Assembly: GCA_028534125.1 (NCBI GenBank)
Contig: CM052818.1
Coordinates: forward strand, 13,704,001 to 13,768,000
From: Lama glama
Lineage: Eukaryota
DNA length: 64,000 bases
Direction: 5' to 3'
Shown: positions 29,370-42,911 of the stretch, one piece after another
Position numbering within the stretch: position 1 is the first letter of the stretch
Layout of the letters: the number at the start of each line of letters is the position of its first letter
Made by a program: the position numbers and the translations under genes
Notes under the pieces: generated by a model
What the model saw: the letters and a program-made list of their open reading frames with translations, nothing else
What the model was told of the DNA's origin: nothing
Database searches by the model: none

Positions 29370-29528
29370 CCCAACATGTTAAAGAAGTGCCTGCCAAACC
29401 CATTATAAAAGATTATCTCTGTCTGGTGTGCTGTCAGTTATACTATCACATAAAGCAGACAGAATCCTTTATTTCTCTCAGCTGTTCTGTTCAATCATAG
29501 AATAAAATTATGCCTACTGATTCAGTAT
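29370..29528 (-). pseudogene. Cullin-like exon ILNQ*A*FYSMIEQN...
   Basis: catttcag| acceptor; resembles CUL1 TLNQVMVVFKYIEDKD; phase mismatch with the previous exon and uncertain 3' end. Confidence 0.45.
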
Positions 29529-29797
29529 CTGAAATGTTATATCAAATCAAAAGTTGATGTCTATATATTTTTCACAATAAGCTACTGCATTTCTTAGATG
29601 CTGGTAGTTAATGATATTCCAAGGAAGTATTTCTTGGGGGGGAAAGAGTAGTAAAGAATTTTACTCTTGTTTTATCTAGCTGTACATCTTGCCTCTAGAA
29701 GTAGCCCATGGCTTGGATAATAAAAAAAAAAGTAGTAAGGATCAACTTCCAGATGAATAATATTGACAAACTTCATTATAACTCTTCTGACAAATTA

Positions 29798-30001
29798 CAG
29801 CATCATTCAACAGAACTTTCTGCCATGATGGAAATGTTCTATTTCTGTGCGTCCAATGTGTCCCTGTGTTCACTGTGGCTCTGAGGACTTGAAATGTAGC
29901 CAGTGCAAATGAGGAACTAATTTTTTTAAATTTATTTTTAAGTAATTTAAATTTAAATAGTTACCATGTGGCTAGTGGCTACTTCACTGGACAGCGCAAC
30001 T
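29798..30001. mobile_element. MER3-like hAT-Charlie element
   Basis: AGAACTTTCTGCCATGATGGAAATGTTCTA...CTGGACAGCGC. Confidence 0.75.
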
Positions 30002-30190
30002 CCAAAGTATGAAATTTAATTAGTTTGGATAAATTTTTAAAACCCAGAATGTTTTCACTACTAAACGTTTCCTTATGCATAAATAAATTTCGCCTGCCAG
30101 TATTTTGACAACAGAAAATTAGTATCAGTCTCTGCTTACTTCTCCAAAATTATTTGTACTTGCATTTTAAAAACTTGGTCTAACACTTAC

Positions 30191-30351
30191 CTTCCGTGTG
30201 AGCCACCTTCTTTTGCCATTCTGAGGAGTATCTGTTTTTCCTGTCACTGGCATTTTGCTGTTGTTGTTCCTCTTTGTTTACATACTTTTAGCTCTACCAC
30301 TAGGTGTCTTTGCAATTTTGTATTCAAACCTACTGAATTTTTGTTAGTTCC
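30191..30351 (-). pseudogene. Cullin-like exon ELTKIQ*V*IQNC...KYVNK...NRYSSEWQKKVAHTE
   Basis: Very strong acceptor (T10-aag) and donor AAG|gtaagt; resembles cullin IEVCF...FINK and ARYCDSLLKK. Confidence 0.6.
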
Positions 30352-30620
30352 CTTAAAAAAAAAAGTGATTTGGTTTAAAAATTGGACATAAACATTTTGC
30401 CATGTATAATAAATGGATAATTATACCAGTAGAATGGTCATGGGTAAAAAATGACCAAAAAGAGTTTGCAGAGTTTTAGTGAGAATTTATAAGAATAGAA
30501 CTGCCACTGTAGTAAGGAAATTGCAGCTATATCATTGAACTGCTTTTCAAAGATGAAGCCATTTTACTTAATGCATTACTGTAATTATACTTTAAACTTT
30601 AAACTTTTTAAAATATTCAC

Positions 30621-30748
30621 TTCAGCATACACAGTTTTACATGTAGTCTCCACATCCAGCTCCTTCAGTTTAAGACTTAGTGGTTGTATTATTAGAACAG
30701 TACTGCATGTGTTGCCTGTATTTCTGTAGCAGCAACTTGAATGTATAT
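30621..30748 (-). pseudogene. Cullin-like exon YTFKLLLQKYRQHMQYC...TEGAGCGDYM*NC
   Basis: ttttcag| acceptor; phase 2 matches the previous exon; resembles CUL3 EEGEGKNPVDYIQ; 3' end is 30631 or 30621. Confidence 0.55.
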
Positions 30749-33700
30749 CTGAAAAGTTTTATGATTTCAAATGACCTAATAAGATTCAGGAATTATTTCA
30801 GTGAATCATCTTTTGATTAACAGATTGCAGAGTACTATTTTTAGAGAGATTGGAACAACCATTCATCTGAAGCTAAAGCTTCATCATTTAATAAATTAAT
30901 TCATCATGTAAGTCATAAGCTGCAATAGTGGAGAATCATGGTAGCTGCCTATTATAAAAAAAAGATAATTTTAAATGAACTTATCTGTGACTAGAATCCA
31001 GATATTGAAAACACTGAAATATTGGACTGGCTGGATACTTAAAAGAAGAACTTATGTTTCTATAAAGATGTTGAGTCTTACAGTGGAGTCTTAAATGGGG
31101 TAAGAGAAGTGACTCACAAACTTTTCAGAAAGAAGATGCTATACCTCATTCCTATCAGTAACTGAGATTAGATTAGCATCTTGATAAAATATAATCTTTT
31201 TACCTTGGTCCCCACCAACTCACAATTTATGATATATAATTTGAGTTTGATATAAAATTTAAGTTTAAGTTTCTTAGGAAAACATTTTGCTAACATAATA
31301 ACAATATGAACACAAGAAATAATAGAAAACATGAGACAGTCCTTTTTATTTATTTTTGTATGATTACCTCATTTAAAAATTAATGTAATGTAAGATCATT
31401 TTTGTGATGACTAAGGATACTAGCTATTTTTACTAGTTTATTTTTTTAGATAAATTTCAGAATTATTTTATCAAGTTCTTTTGAAGTATTTTTAATTGGG
31501 ATTTTGACGGATTGCTTTAAGTAAACTAATTTGTTGGAGAATGACATTATTAAAATATTAGTCTTAGAATATGGTACCACTTTTCTTGTACTCAGTATCT
31601 TTCAGGGAAATCTTCTAACTTGCTTCATATTGATGATATATTTTCCATTATAGGTCATTAACATATATTCATATCTGCTGCTGTTATAAATTAGGATTCC
31701 CTTCTAATTATATATTTCAAATTGAGTGTTGTTAGTACATATGAGTGTGATTTCAATTGTGTTTATTTACCTTATATCCAAGTATTTTGCTGACTCTTTA
31801 AAGTATTCTATATTCCTCTCCCCAAAATGGAAATTTCTTTTGTTGTCTATTTTCTTAACCAAAAATAATATATCTACTCATTTCATATATGTTATATTCA
31901 TTAAAGTTTGAGGATCACTGGGGCTAAGAACACCAGGCTATCACATATAGACTAAGGGCTCATGCCAGCAGAGTTAGGATAACACAGGCAAATTACATTC
32001 CAGAATACCTGCATATGTATTTAGAAATAGCAGTTTCTACTTAAACATTCAAGGATGCATAGGGAAGATTTTGTTACGGGAAAAGTCACCTTAAAGAGTG
32101 TTCAAATTTGCTGCCATAAACTTTTGAAGGTTTTGAAGGCGTTATTGTTATGTTGGTGTGTTGACAATAAAAAAGACACTTAATATTAATTGAGTGAATG
32201 AAGCACTGAATGAATGAATATATGTAGCACTTTACTATGCTCTGAGGGTATAGTGATGAGAAAAGCAGACCTCAAGGGGAGATAGACATTAAGTAAAGAC
32301 TCACTCAGATAAATGCATCATCCATTCCTGGAGTGGAGAATTTGAGGAGCCCAGAAATCATGTCAGCCACAGGAACCCTCTCCAGTGTGACCTTAAGCGC
32401 CCACAGGAAATCTAACCCTAATTAACACCATTCCCTTTGAGTTTCCCCATCCCAAATCCCTGATCTGTGAAACAAAGACTAGAAATGGAAATAGACTTTA
32501 AGAGGGACATTTGTCAAACAGACGAAAAACTAGGTAGAACAGTCCTAAACAACCACTCCATCTTCAGTTAGGTGCCCAAAACCGTCTATTGTCTGAACTG
32601 CTTCCTCCTCCACTTGCAAACTACTAAATATTCTCAATGAATTTTCAAGGAACTATCGAAGCCTGAGACCTCAATGTGGGGCATCTCTGAACAGCAGATA
32701 AACCTAGCTACTTTTATTGCATGTAGGTTAAGGACTTTCATTGTTCCCTATAGCAAATGTTCGGGATATCCAAACCACACATGGGGTATCTCACTTGTAC
32801 CCCTGAAACAGGACTCAGACTCCACAATCCATTGCATTTGGGTTGACCCTCATATGCTTATGACTGAGAACTGCATAAAACTTGCCTAATAACAGTTTGT
32901 GGGGAACAGTAGGTTGCAAGAGAAATGTTCCACTATTTTCACTTATAAACATTGTAATTTCCCAAAGACTGATAGTTTAAAAACTGATTTGGTTTATTAA
33001 TCAGTTCAATCAGTCCAGTCAGGAAAACAGAAACCACTGTGCATAGTTCAATCAGAAAGGGATTTAATTCTAGGAAATGGTTACAAAAGTGTTAGAAGGA
33101 CTAGAGGGAAAAGGAAGAGAAAAGAAGGAAGGTTACCCAGAGATGAGAAAGCTGCTACCATCATGCTTAGGCTGCATTTGCTGCTGGAGGTCACTGAGTA
33201 GCCAGTGAAGGAACTCCACTTCCACAAAAGGGGCACCATGTGGCTCGTGCTGAATCGGCTGTTGAGACACCTCTACCACTGCTACCAGACGAGATGGCTT
33301 CTTTTCTCCCAACTGTTACTTCCATTTGGCCAAACCTGACCGGAAGCCAGTTGGTAAAGGATTCTGGGGTCTAGAGTTACAGGCTTCCAGCTCCTGCAGT
33401 TATAGAACACAGAAAGGAGGTGGCATTGTAGCCAACAGAAAAATAACTGACAATAATGTTATCAATTAGGTAGATCTTAATTATTTTTAATCAGTTACAT
33501 TAGATAAACAATCATTTATGAATGGATTGGATAAGTGTATAGCAATAATCACTTTCTTCCCCACCATTTCTTGGGAAATCTTGCTGATGAGGCTTATTAA
33601 GATAGTAGTAGCACAAGACAGAGATAGGAAGCAAAGGATGGCTGAAAAGGGGAAGAATGGACACAGCAGGACAGGTCCAGGGGCAGACCCATGGATAATT

Positions 33701-33806
33701 AACTTGAGGGCATGGATTTTGAAAGAGACTTCATCTTTCTAATTAGAAAACATTTTGGCTCTAACATTGAGGGTGGAGGTAGGGCAACAGCAGTAAAAAG
33801 AAAAAC

Positions 33807-34299
33807 CTTTCTTTTTGTCTGAGTAGCAAGAGCCAATGAGTTTCATAAGGAAAAAAAAATCTAGTTTGCTAATTATATACAAAGTCTTCTTTATACTGGA
33901 AGAAAAATGAGTCAACAAAAATACAAAAGCTACATAAATTAGCACCTTCAGTGTTTTTAGACGACTGAGTGAAACAGTGTAATAGAGTTATGTCCCCAAA
34001 TTAGCTTCCTTTCATATTCTACCCAGGCATATCCACTAGCATTTGTGAAAGGCTCACATTACCATCAGTTGATACCTGATGTGGAATTTTTGTAAACTTT
34101 TTTATATCTCCTCCACTCTCACTCTGACTCACAAAATGCTTTGTCAGAGTTCACTGGGGCTTTGTGGCTTATATGACTCAAAAATGAGTTAATTCCTACT
34201 TTGTGAGTTGGCATGAAAAACATTATGAGCAGTGCTGAGCAGGATGATTACTCTGTGGATAAACATGTAGAGATCATTTCAAAGATTGTTTTGAACATT
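33807..34299 (-). pseudogene. Cullin-like exon block(s), repeats 2/3: ...LSTAHNVFHANSQ...VRVRVEEI*K...KEANLG...| YKEDF...LLLLRQKER
   Basis: 34299-33946 is 354 nt in one frame with stops (donor AAG|gtgcta); 33895-33807 has a ttttcttccag acceptor; resembles CUL3 LEMSAEFFQMESQ / ARINEEIER / MENSG / YLREQG; internal boundaries uncertain. Confidence 0.6.
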
Positions 34300-34664
34300 C
34301 TACTCAATAGTAAGTTATGTTTAATTTTTAAAAGCTTGTGAACCTAAAACATTAGCTTTAAAATGATCTTGGCTTCTTGCTGGAGTGTATATATATGTGT
34401 ATGTAGAGATAACTTAAGTGTATGACTATATTTTGTGGGGCACCACTCTGAAATGCTGTTCTAGAGACTTCTTTCAGAATTATAAAATTTTTGAGAACTA
34501 TAAAAATTGGAATGGCTTTCTAGAACTTTTTTTAAACTGCCATTTGCTGTCATCATGAAATGCATATTATATAGCCAATGAAAATTAATATATAAATAAT
34601 AGTTCATAGATATATTTAAATTTTTCACATGTGATAGAAAGAAGGGTATTTCTGTCAGGTACTT

Positions 34665-34829
34665 TTAAAAATTTATTATTTTTTAATCTTATTTTATTTT
34701 TTCTTTAAGTTTTTCTTAGGGGGAAGTTATTAGGTTTATTTATTTAACTTTTTTTTAAACAGGTACTGGGGATTGAACCCAGGACCTCATGCATGCTAAG
34801 CATGTGTTCTACCACTTGAGCTATTCCTT
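34665..34829 (-). mobile_element. tRNA-derived SINE (Vic-1-like)
   Basis: GGGGATTGAACCCAGGACC...CCACTTGAGCTA reverse A/B boxes with T-rich tail. Confidence 0.8.
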
Positions 34830-35142
34830 TCTTAAGTTTGTACACAATTCTCTCCCTGTTCTCCTGAGTCTGAAGTAGTCAACCCATTTCATAGTTAATC
34901 CTCCTAGGACAATACTAGAAAGGCGAAAGCAGTGGATTAGGTTATATTGGTTTGTGTAGCTTAAACTTTCTCCTCCCTCCTCTTGGAAGTAATAGAGTGA
35001 ACATTCAAGACACAGTCACAGAGTACTGCATAGAGGCTCCCGAGTGATCATGTCACAAACATCTGTATTTGATTCCATTGAGGCAGTCTGCACAGGTGTG
35101 ATTGTGCTATTTCTTCAATTAACAAGACACTGCCATACCCAT

Positions 35143-35636
35143 GGTGGTGGGCAGAATAACGGTTCCCGAGGATGTCCATTTCCTACATATCCAGAACCTG
35201 TGAAAGCATTATCTTGCATGGCAAAAAATAATTTTACAGATGTGATTAAGGATCTTGAAATAAAGAGATTATTCAAGACTATCCAGTCTAATCTAATCAC
35301 TTGGATGTTTAAAAGTGGACTTTTTCCCAGCTGTGATCAGAGGGAGATGTGACCATGCCAGAAGGGTGAGGGGAACGTGTAATGTTGATGGCTTTGAAGA
35401 TAGAGGAAGGGGCCACAAGACAAGCAATGTAGGCAGCCTCTGGAAGTTAAAAAAGGCAAGGAAACATTCTTAGAGTCTCCAGAAAGAAATACAGGTGTGT
35501 CAGCACCTTAATTTCAAATCGTTGAAATCTGTGCCTGATTTCTCACCTATAGAACTGTAAGATAATAAATTTACGTTATTCTAAGCCTCTAGGTTTATGG
35601 CAGTTTGTTACTGCAAAAATAGTAAAACCAATATAC
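35143..35636 (+). mobile_element. MLT1D-like LTR
   Basis: TGGTGGGCAGAATAACGG start; MaLR 3' end. Confidence 0.75.
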
Positions 35637-35818
35637 CTCAAGCCCACTGCTGCCTCAGCCATCCTGACCCTCTTGGGAGTCTCAATCCAGTAACAAAACG
35701 GGTAACACCTGGCAAAGCAGAGTTCCCTGGAGCCCTGTTCCAACACGACAACCAGCTTTAGTTCTGACTGAGCTATGCCCAACATTACCAGTTGTGAAAT
35801 ATTTTGAATATTACTTTT

Positions 35819-36041
35819 TTCACTTTTTTTTGTTGACTTACAATCATTTTACAATGTTGTGTCAAATTCCAGTGTAGAGCACAATTTTTCAGTTATACAT
35901 GAACATATATATATTCATTGTCACATTTTTTTCTCTGTGAGCTACCAGAAGACCTTGTGTATATTTCCCTGCGCTATACAGTGTAATCATGTTTATCTAT
36001 TCTACAGTTTTGAAATCCCGTCTATCCCTTCCCACCCTCCA
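35819..36041 (-). mobile_element. Short young L1 3' end
   Basis: Exact 14-bp TSD TGAATATTACTTTT at 35805-35818 and 36042-36055. Confidence 0.85.
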
Positions 36042-36517
36042 TGAATATTACTTTTAATTTCAGGACAGACATACATTCCCACACACAAATTATTTAACTG
36101 AAACGAATGTTTCATGAAACATTATTTAGCTTTACTACATGTGTTGCACTTCGATATTTTCAGTTCTATTCTCTTCTGTTTTTTGGGGGGTAAATGTCAA
36201 CCCACTAAACTGATTTCATGATTCACTATCAGATTGCAACCTTCAGCTGAAAAACACTGACCTAGATCCTAATAACTCTATAGTTAAGATGTAGAGTTTC
36301 TGATGGAGAATATATTCTGTTCCATTTTTAAAGTTTGGGATTTAAATAGTTTCTATATGTAACCTTAATTCATTATTACTAAATGTTATTTATTGATGTA
36401 CTAAAATTTTATTAGTTTTCTCAAGGTGAACATCAAACCCATGACGATTTATAAATTAAGCGTGACAGTAAGCAAGAGGGGACTACAACAAGGAGAAGGT
36501 ACATTTTAGAAACAATT

Positions 36518-36705
36518 CTTTAAAACTGAAGTATAGCTGATTTATAATGTTGTGTTAGTTTCAGGGGCTCAACAGAGTGATTCAGTTATATGTGTGTGTA
36601 TGTGTGTGTGTCTGTGTATATATATGTTCTTTTTCAGACTGCTTTCCATTATAGGTTATTACAAGATACTGAATTGAGTTCCCTGTGCTATACAGTAGGT
36701 CTTTG
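36518..36705 (-). mobile_element. Short L1 3' end
   Basis: TSD TTTAGAAACAATT at 36505-36517 and 36706-36718. Confidence 0.8.
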
Positions 36706-37500
36706 TTTAGAAACAATTTTTAAATGAATATTCATTGGGTACATGTATTTATTGTTCTGCTTTTCTGTTGCTCAATTTGTTCGTTTCTGCTTTTATTTTT
36801 AATATTTCCCTTTTTTGTGCTTGCTTTTAAGATATTACCCATTTCCTTCTCTAGATTTTTTAGCTTAAGTTACTGCCTTTCTCTCCTTTTTTCTTATTAC
36901 TATTTACAGCTGCAGCAGCATTTCAAGCCCTTACACTTTGTTTCAGTATCCTCTTAATCTGAGGTCCTGATAGAGTTTAAATGTGCATTTAAAATTGTCT
37001 ACTAATTCAATTAGCTTTTCTAGGTGTTGACAGCAAAAGGGTTTGAGGATTATGCTATGTATTAGTTAGCTTTCACTAGGTTATGTTGTGGAACAAGCCA
37101 TCCCCCAAATCCTAGTGGCTTACAATAGCAATGATTTAGTATGCATTCACTGCACCTGTTGACTACAGCACTGTTCTGGGATCTTTATTCCAGAATGCAG
37201 ACTGAAGGAGAAACCTCTGTGAAACACGCTGGTTCATAGCTGAACCACAGGATGTCTCTTAAAGCTTGTGCTCAAATGTGGAGCATACATCACTTCTGCA
37301 TACATTCCATAGCCCAATGAAAGTCATAGGACTAAACCTAATGGCATAATCCATTGATAGGCAGGACAACAAATACTAGGAAAGAATAATAAAACCTATT
37401 CCCTTGTTATCCCCCATACTGCTGCAACCAGAAAGGTTTGTCCTTGCAGCTCTATCAATTCAAAGCTCTAGTTTATTGTTGGATTATATCTGAGACTTAC

Positions 37501-37632
37501 CGTTACAGCGTTTTTGTTTCCATTTTTAAATGTATCTTTAATCATGTTAAAATACTGTTTGTCTCCCTTAATGGTTTTTGCTGTAAAATCAGCTATGCGG
37601 ATCATGTTTTTACAGGCCACACCAGGCTGTGG
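37501..37632 (-). pseudogene. Cullin-like exon PQPGVACKNMIRIADFTAKTIKGDKQYFNMIKDTFKNGNKNAVT
   Basis: 132 nt fully open, strong donor ACG|gtaagt; DFTAKTIKGD resembles CUL3 DMIARERKGE. Confidence 0.6.
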
Positions 37633-37705
37633 CTACTGTAGCTTATAATAACATTAAGAAAACAGTATTTTTCTAGCTTAGCCCACATCCACAGCAAAGC
37701 AAGAC

Positions 37706-37908
37706 CTCATCTCTGAAAATTCACTAGGTATTTGTGTGCTTCTGCAAGGAGTCCCGTGGTGCCCAGGAGGGTCTTTCTTGGTACTTAGCCAGCCTGGGTC
37801 TCTGGTCTGCTGAGAGAGAAGCAGTGTTTCCTGCCCTCTCCAGACATCTACGGAGCAGTGCTGCACTGCATGTCAGACCTTCAGAGGCTCCAGGGATATC
37901 ACTCTTTT
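37706..37908 (-). pseudogene. Cullin-like exon KRVISLEPLKV*HAVQHC...EFSEMR
   Basis: atttag| acceptor, AG|gtcttg donor, phase-0 start; loosely resembles CUL1 IYSLALVTWRDC. Confidence 0.45.
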
Positions 37909-38428
37909 CTAAATTAATAGCCATCTTTCCCTGGAGCTTTGGCTAAAGTTCCTAGTTGCTGGGACACAACTGTATAGAGAATATTATGATTAATACACTG
38001 TACCAAACTCAAAATTACTCTGACAGCCAAACCTTATATTTCAATAAGCTTATATCTCTTTCCTTCCCCCATCCCCCTTCCTCTCTACTCTCTACCCTCC
38101 CCATCTCCAGCATCCCGTCTCTCCTCCCCCTCTACCAGAGGCTTGTCTGCTGTTCACGCTGATAGATCTGCTAATAGCTAATCCCACCCTTGGAGCTCTA
38201 TGAAACTGATATAATTTAAACACCAGGTTTTTATTCTGCTTGTATAGGCAATATGAATTGGAAGTCATTCTCCTTGCTTTTTAAAATCTTCCTTATTTTA
38301 AAACGTTTAATCACAATAATCACACATGGAAAAGAAAACAATAATATAATAGGGCTTATAATGAAAACCATAGTCTACCGCCTCCCTCCTCTCCCACTCT
38401 AATTCAGTTTCCCAGAAGAAACCACTTT

Positions 38429-38527
38429 TGGGGGGTTACTTATGTTTTTAATGGAGATTCTGGGGATTGAACCCAGGACCTCATGCATTCTAATCATGTA
38501 CTATACCACTGAGCTATACCTTCCCCA
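38429..38527 (-). mobile_element. tRNA-derived SINE (Vic-1-like)
   Basis: Reverse B box GGATTGAACCC and A box CCACTGAGCTATACC. Confidence 0.8.
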
Positions 38528-39439
38528 CCAGGAACCACTATTAATTGTTTCTTTTTCAAGGCTTTTTGATGGTTACTTCTCTAATTCTAAACAATGAGCC
38601 GTCACTGCTGTTTCTTGATTTACTGGTGAATCACTGTACTAGGGGTGAGAAGATTAGTTCCCTGCTTCTTCCAGCTCTTCTCCTCCATCCTCCTCCTGCT
38701 TTCCGTACTTATATCTTTCCTTTCAGATTATAAAGATTACCATTTATATTTTCTCTAGTAACTATAATTAAGTTCTCCCTGTTCGGTTCATAGGCTGCTT
38801 CTAAAAATTGAAAACTACTAACCATCATTGACATAACTGTGTTAATATTGTTGATAGGAAAATTAGATGCTAGGATTTCATTTTCCTCTCCACAGGGGTT
38901 CTACAGATCATATACAGATCTACTGCAAATTTAAGATGATACGGTTTCACTTGGCTGGTTTGATTTTATATTTTCATCTCTTTTCACTTATGCTGAAAAT
39001 CTTGGCTCCAGGGACAATAACGTAACAGTCAGTATTTAGAGGTCTATTTTACACTCTTTTACCCCTAAAAGTTTTATTTTTAAAAAAAGTCTAACCTACA
39101 GAAAAAGTTGAAAGAATAGTACAATAAATGCCTGTATATCTTTTATCTTGATTCACAAATGGTTAAAATTTTTTGCCACGTTTGCTTTATTTCTCTTTTT
39201 TGCTTTTGCTGAGTCATTTGGAAGCACATTATAGATAGCATGACTATTCACCACTTGCATGTGAAACAAGGACATTTTCTTATAAAACCACAATCTCATT
39301 ATCAGACCCAAGAATTTTAGTATTGATCCTATAATACCTATGGCATAATCCATATCCAAATTTCCCCAATTATCCTCCCAAATATCCTTTATAGCTTTTC
39401 TTCTATCCAGAATTCTGTCAAGGCTTACTCATTACACAT

Positions 39440-39838
39440 AATGGAGATATCTCTTATGTACACCAGTGTTTAGAGCAGCACTATTTGCAGTAGCCAAGAG
39501 ATGGAAGCAACCTAAATGTCCATCAACAGATGAATAGATAAATAAGATATATAAAAATATATACATATGGTTTATATGACATATATACACACACATATAT
39601 ATATACATATATACATGTGCACAATGGAATCTTACTCAGCCATAAAAAAGAATGAAATATTGCCATGTGCACTAACATGGATGGACCTAGAAATTACATA
39701 ATAAGTGAAGTAAGTCAGACAGAGAAAGACAAATGTTACATGATAGCACTTATGCGTGGAATCTAAAAATGCAATACAAATGAACCTATATACAAAACAG
39801 AAACAGATTTACAGACATAGAAAACAAACCAAAAAAAA
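39440..39838 (+). mobile_element. L1 ORF2 end / 3'UTR fragment
   Basis: GCAGCACTATTTGCAGTAGCCAAGAGATGGAAGCAACCTAAATGTCCATC L1 signature. Confidence 0.85.
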
Positions 39839-40458
39839 GTGCTGAGTTTGACATGTTGTTTGAGATGTGTGTTGATAACTGGGTAGTGTTGATAACTGAG
39901 ATGTTGAGTGTCTAGATGAACTAGTATCTAGATGTACCAGTATCTAATGTACCAGTCTGGAGATCAGGGAAGTGGGCTAGGCTGGAGATAAATATCTCTG
40001 AGTCATCAGAGTATACATGATATTCAAAGTCATGAGTCTGGATGAGAACATTTAGGAAATGAAAATAAGATTTTTTTAAAAAGGAAAAACAGAGGTCTGA
40101 AAACTAAACCCTAAAGCATCCAAAATTCAGAGCCAGATAGGAGAAGTCGTCAGAGGAGACTAGCAAGGAGAGGCCAGTGAGGAGAACAAGGATGGCAGCC
40201 TAGAGTCAAATCAACAAAGTGTTCCCACAACCCAGGGTTCCAAAAAAGGAAGTACAACTAAAGTGCTTAACAAATGAGGATAACACAGTAGTTTATCTCC
40301 CTACATCACCTGATATAAAACGCCAGAACTTTTACGGTAAAGTGATATTCTTCAGGGATTTTTAAATAAAATAGTCATTATTATGCAATAATAGGTTAAA
40401 TAATAGCTGAATGTCACTAGCAATCTCAACACTTAAGTCTGTTTTTTACCACCTTACA

Positions 40459-40866
40459 TTGTAGTGAATACTCTGTACTCCAACAAGAGTCCTGAAGAGC
40501 CAACACTCATCCCCGAGCTGCTGCACTATCAACCACTGTTGGCTCACAGACACAACTCTTGCTGGGAACACCTCTTGGCTGCAGGAATCTGCTTCTGCCA
40601 AAGTTATACTCCCTACCAGGAGACAGCCCATATCAAATGAACACAAAGCTGGGCCCCTCTGCCTCAATTTGGAACAACTCTGAAGGGTCATCCCCCTCCT
40701 GAACTCCCCAATGGATGACTGAGGCCTCAGCTGAAACCTCTCTGAGGTCAGTTTCTCCACTGTTCAATCCTACGTTCCTCACTTCCTCAGAGGTATCTCT
40801 CTAATAAACTTCATCATGCAACTCTCCAGCCCAGAATTTGTATGTAGGGAGCCCACTCTAAAACAA
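40459..40866 (+). mobile_element. LTR16-like ERVL LTR
   Basis: CTGCCTCAATTTGGAACAACTCTGAAGGG motif, AATAAA, TG..CA ends. Confidence 0.6.
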
Positions 40867-41376
40867 TACATCCTACCAGGGGCACTACTGTCCTCCAACA
40901 TAATCGTGCCATTTACATTGTATGGTAATTATAGAATTTATTATTTGTTGAAAAGGCCAGGTCTTTTGTTTTGTAGAATTTTCCATACTCAGGAATCAGC
41001 TGATTGTGTCCCTGTGTATATTCTTATTCTGATATTTTCTGTAAACTGGTAGTAATACTGGAGACTTAATTAGGTTCACTGCCACTCATTTACACCTGGT
41101 ATTCTGAAACCTTTCTTTTACTTTCCTTTTCCTACTCTGTGAAATTTAAATATTACTTATCTGACGCTAAGAAATGATGAAAATCAAAGGTCCCCAGGAT
41201 CAGGAGAGATTATTAATAATTCTAACTCCCTCCCCTACTCCCATTCCCCCAACCCCCACCCCTGCCCCAGACTCGGTATATGCAACCTAAAGGCCTTCCA
41301 GATACATACTCAAGACTGGGAACAAATGACTGGAGGATGTGCTTGCCTCTGTTTACAGCCTTTAAACACTAAATAC

Positions 41377-41556
41377 CTTCCTCCCAAAACAGAGTCTGAT
41401 GATCTCATTCTCATCTAGGAAGAGAACCAAAGACAGCAATACCATCTCTGATTTATTTGCATGAAGAATTCCACGTTGTTGCTAATTTTAAAAGCCATCC
41501 TGGCTTTCTTCTGTCAAATGGTTTGATTGTGGATCGCATTCTTTCACCAACAGCTG
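41377..41556 (-). pseudogene. Cullin-like exon QLLVKECDPQSNHLTEESQDGF(LKLATTWN)xHANKSEMVLLSLVLFLDENEIIRLCFGRK
   Basis: tacag| acceptor, AAG|gtattt donor, 180 nt, phase 0 to 0; needs two compensating 1-nt indels; matches cullin FL...WNDH.....M...LFLD and CUL1 RRECDEGRK. Confidence 0.7.
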
Positions 41557-42296
41557 CTGTATTCAATTAATCAACATGCATTTATCAAGCACCTGCTGTG
41601 TGATCAACGTCATTCTTGGAGAATTCATGCTGATTAAATTCTCTGTAAAACAATTAAGAAGCTGTATCTTGTTTCTGCTACCCCCAGGTCCCACCCCCAA
41701 TTCCCACCAATGCATTACAAAATCAAATAGATGCTCTTTTTGTATCAATTTACTGTTTTGAATTATCTACATCCTGCTCCATTCTGTTGAGAGTTGATAG
41801 CACCCTGGACAATTATGATTTTTCTAAGGTAGACAAGGCAGTTTTGCATAAATATATATTCCTCTCCATAATTATGTTCTTTTGTGTATCCCTTTTTAAA
41901 GAAATTTGCTATGAGTTTTTGTTCATTCTATTTTTTTTATTAATGTCATTTCAAGTAACAGAAACCAGATTGAGCTGGCTCAAGGGAAAATAAAAACTTA
42001 TTGGAAACACATTAGGCTCTCTCACGGAATCCAAAGAAGAACTGAACCACCAACCAGGCCTCTGGAAGGGCAGAAGACAGGGAAGCTCTGGGGACCCTGA
42101 CAACAGCTGCTCACGAACGGTCTTTTTGGAATTCTGCCACTAACAAGACTCAGAGCCAAACTTCTTCCATCTCTGTGTATCTCAGTTCAAAATTCAAATT
42201 CCTGGGAGGGAGAATCTGATTGACTGAGCTGTGGTCAGAAGGCTGCTGCTGTTCCAATGAAGTGCAGCCGGGAGGCAAGGTCACATGCTCTATATC

Positions 42297-42761
42297 CACA
42301 CTGTCCAGTACAGAAGCCATGAGCCACGTGTGGCTATGGAGCACTGGAAATGTGGCTAGGACACTGAGGAGCAGAATTTTTCATTTTATTTAATTGCTGT
42401 TAACTTAAAATTTAAAACTGAAACAATATGAAATATTTTCCCATTACATACAACTTTATTTTTTTGGTAGAACTTCATTTCACTTGTTAAAATTTACCCT
42501 CTGAATTGAGATGTGCTTCCAGCATAAAATACTCATCGAATTTTGAAGACGCTATGAAAAAATAAAAGATATTAAATATCTTGTTAATAATTGTATTTAT
42601 ATTGATTACATATTGAAATTATGATATTTGGGATATCTCAGATTAAATAAAATATTTAAAAATTAGTTTTACATATTATTTTTTACTTTTTGAAAATATG
42701 GCTACCAGAAGATTTTAAACTCTATATGCCATTCACATTATATTTCTACTGGACAGTGCTC
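42297..42761. mobile_element. MER33/Charlie5-like hAT element
   Basis: CACTGTCCAGTA...TACTGGACAGTG TIRs. Confidence 0.7.
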
Positions 42762-42911
42762 TTCTGAATAGCTACCAAGTTTCTGTTCCTGAGGATCAAG
42801 GCTCGTTCCACAATACTGGATGAAAGTTCTGAGCAGAAGATACACCCCCAAAGGGGTCAACTACACAGTACAACTAACATATGCAGAGATTTCTGGAGCA
42901 ACATAATGTAC

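Noticed and set aside
34125..34180. Two AP-1 motifs (TGACTCA) 49 bp apart
   Set aside because: Short motifs inside a cullin pseudo-exon; not distinguishable from chance without chromatin data
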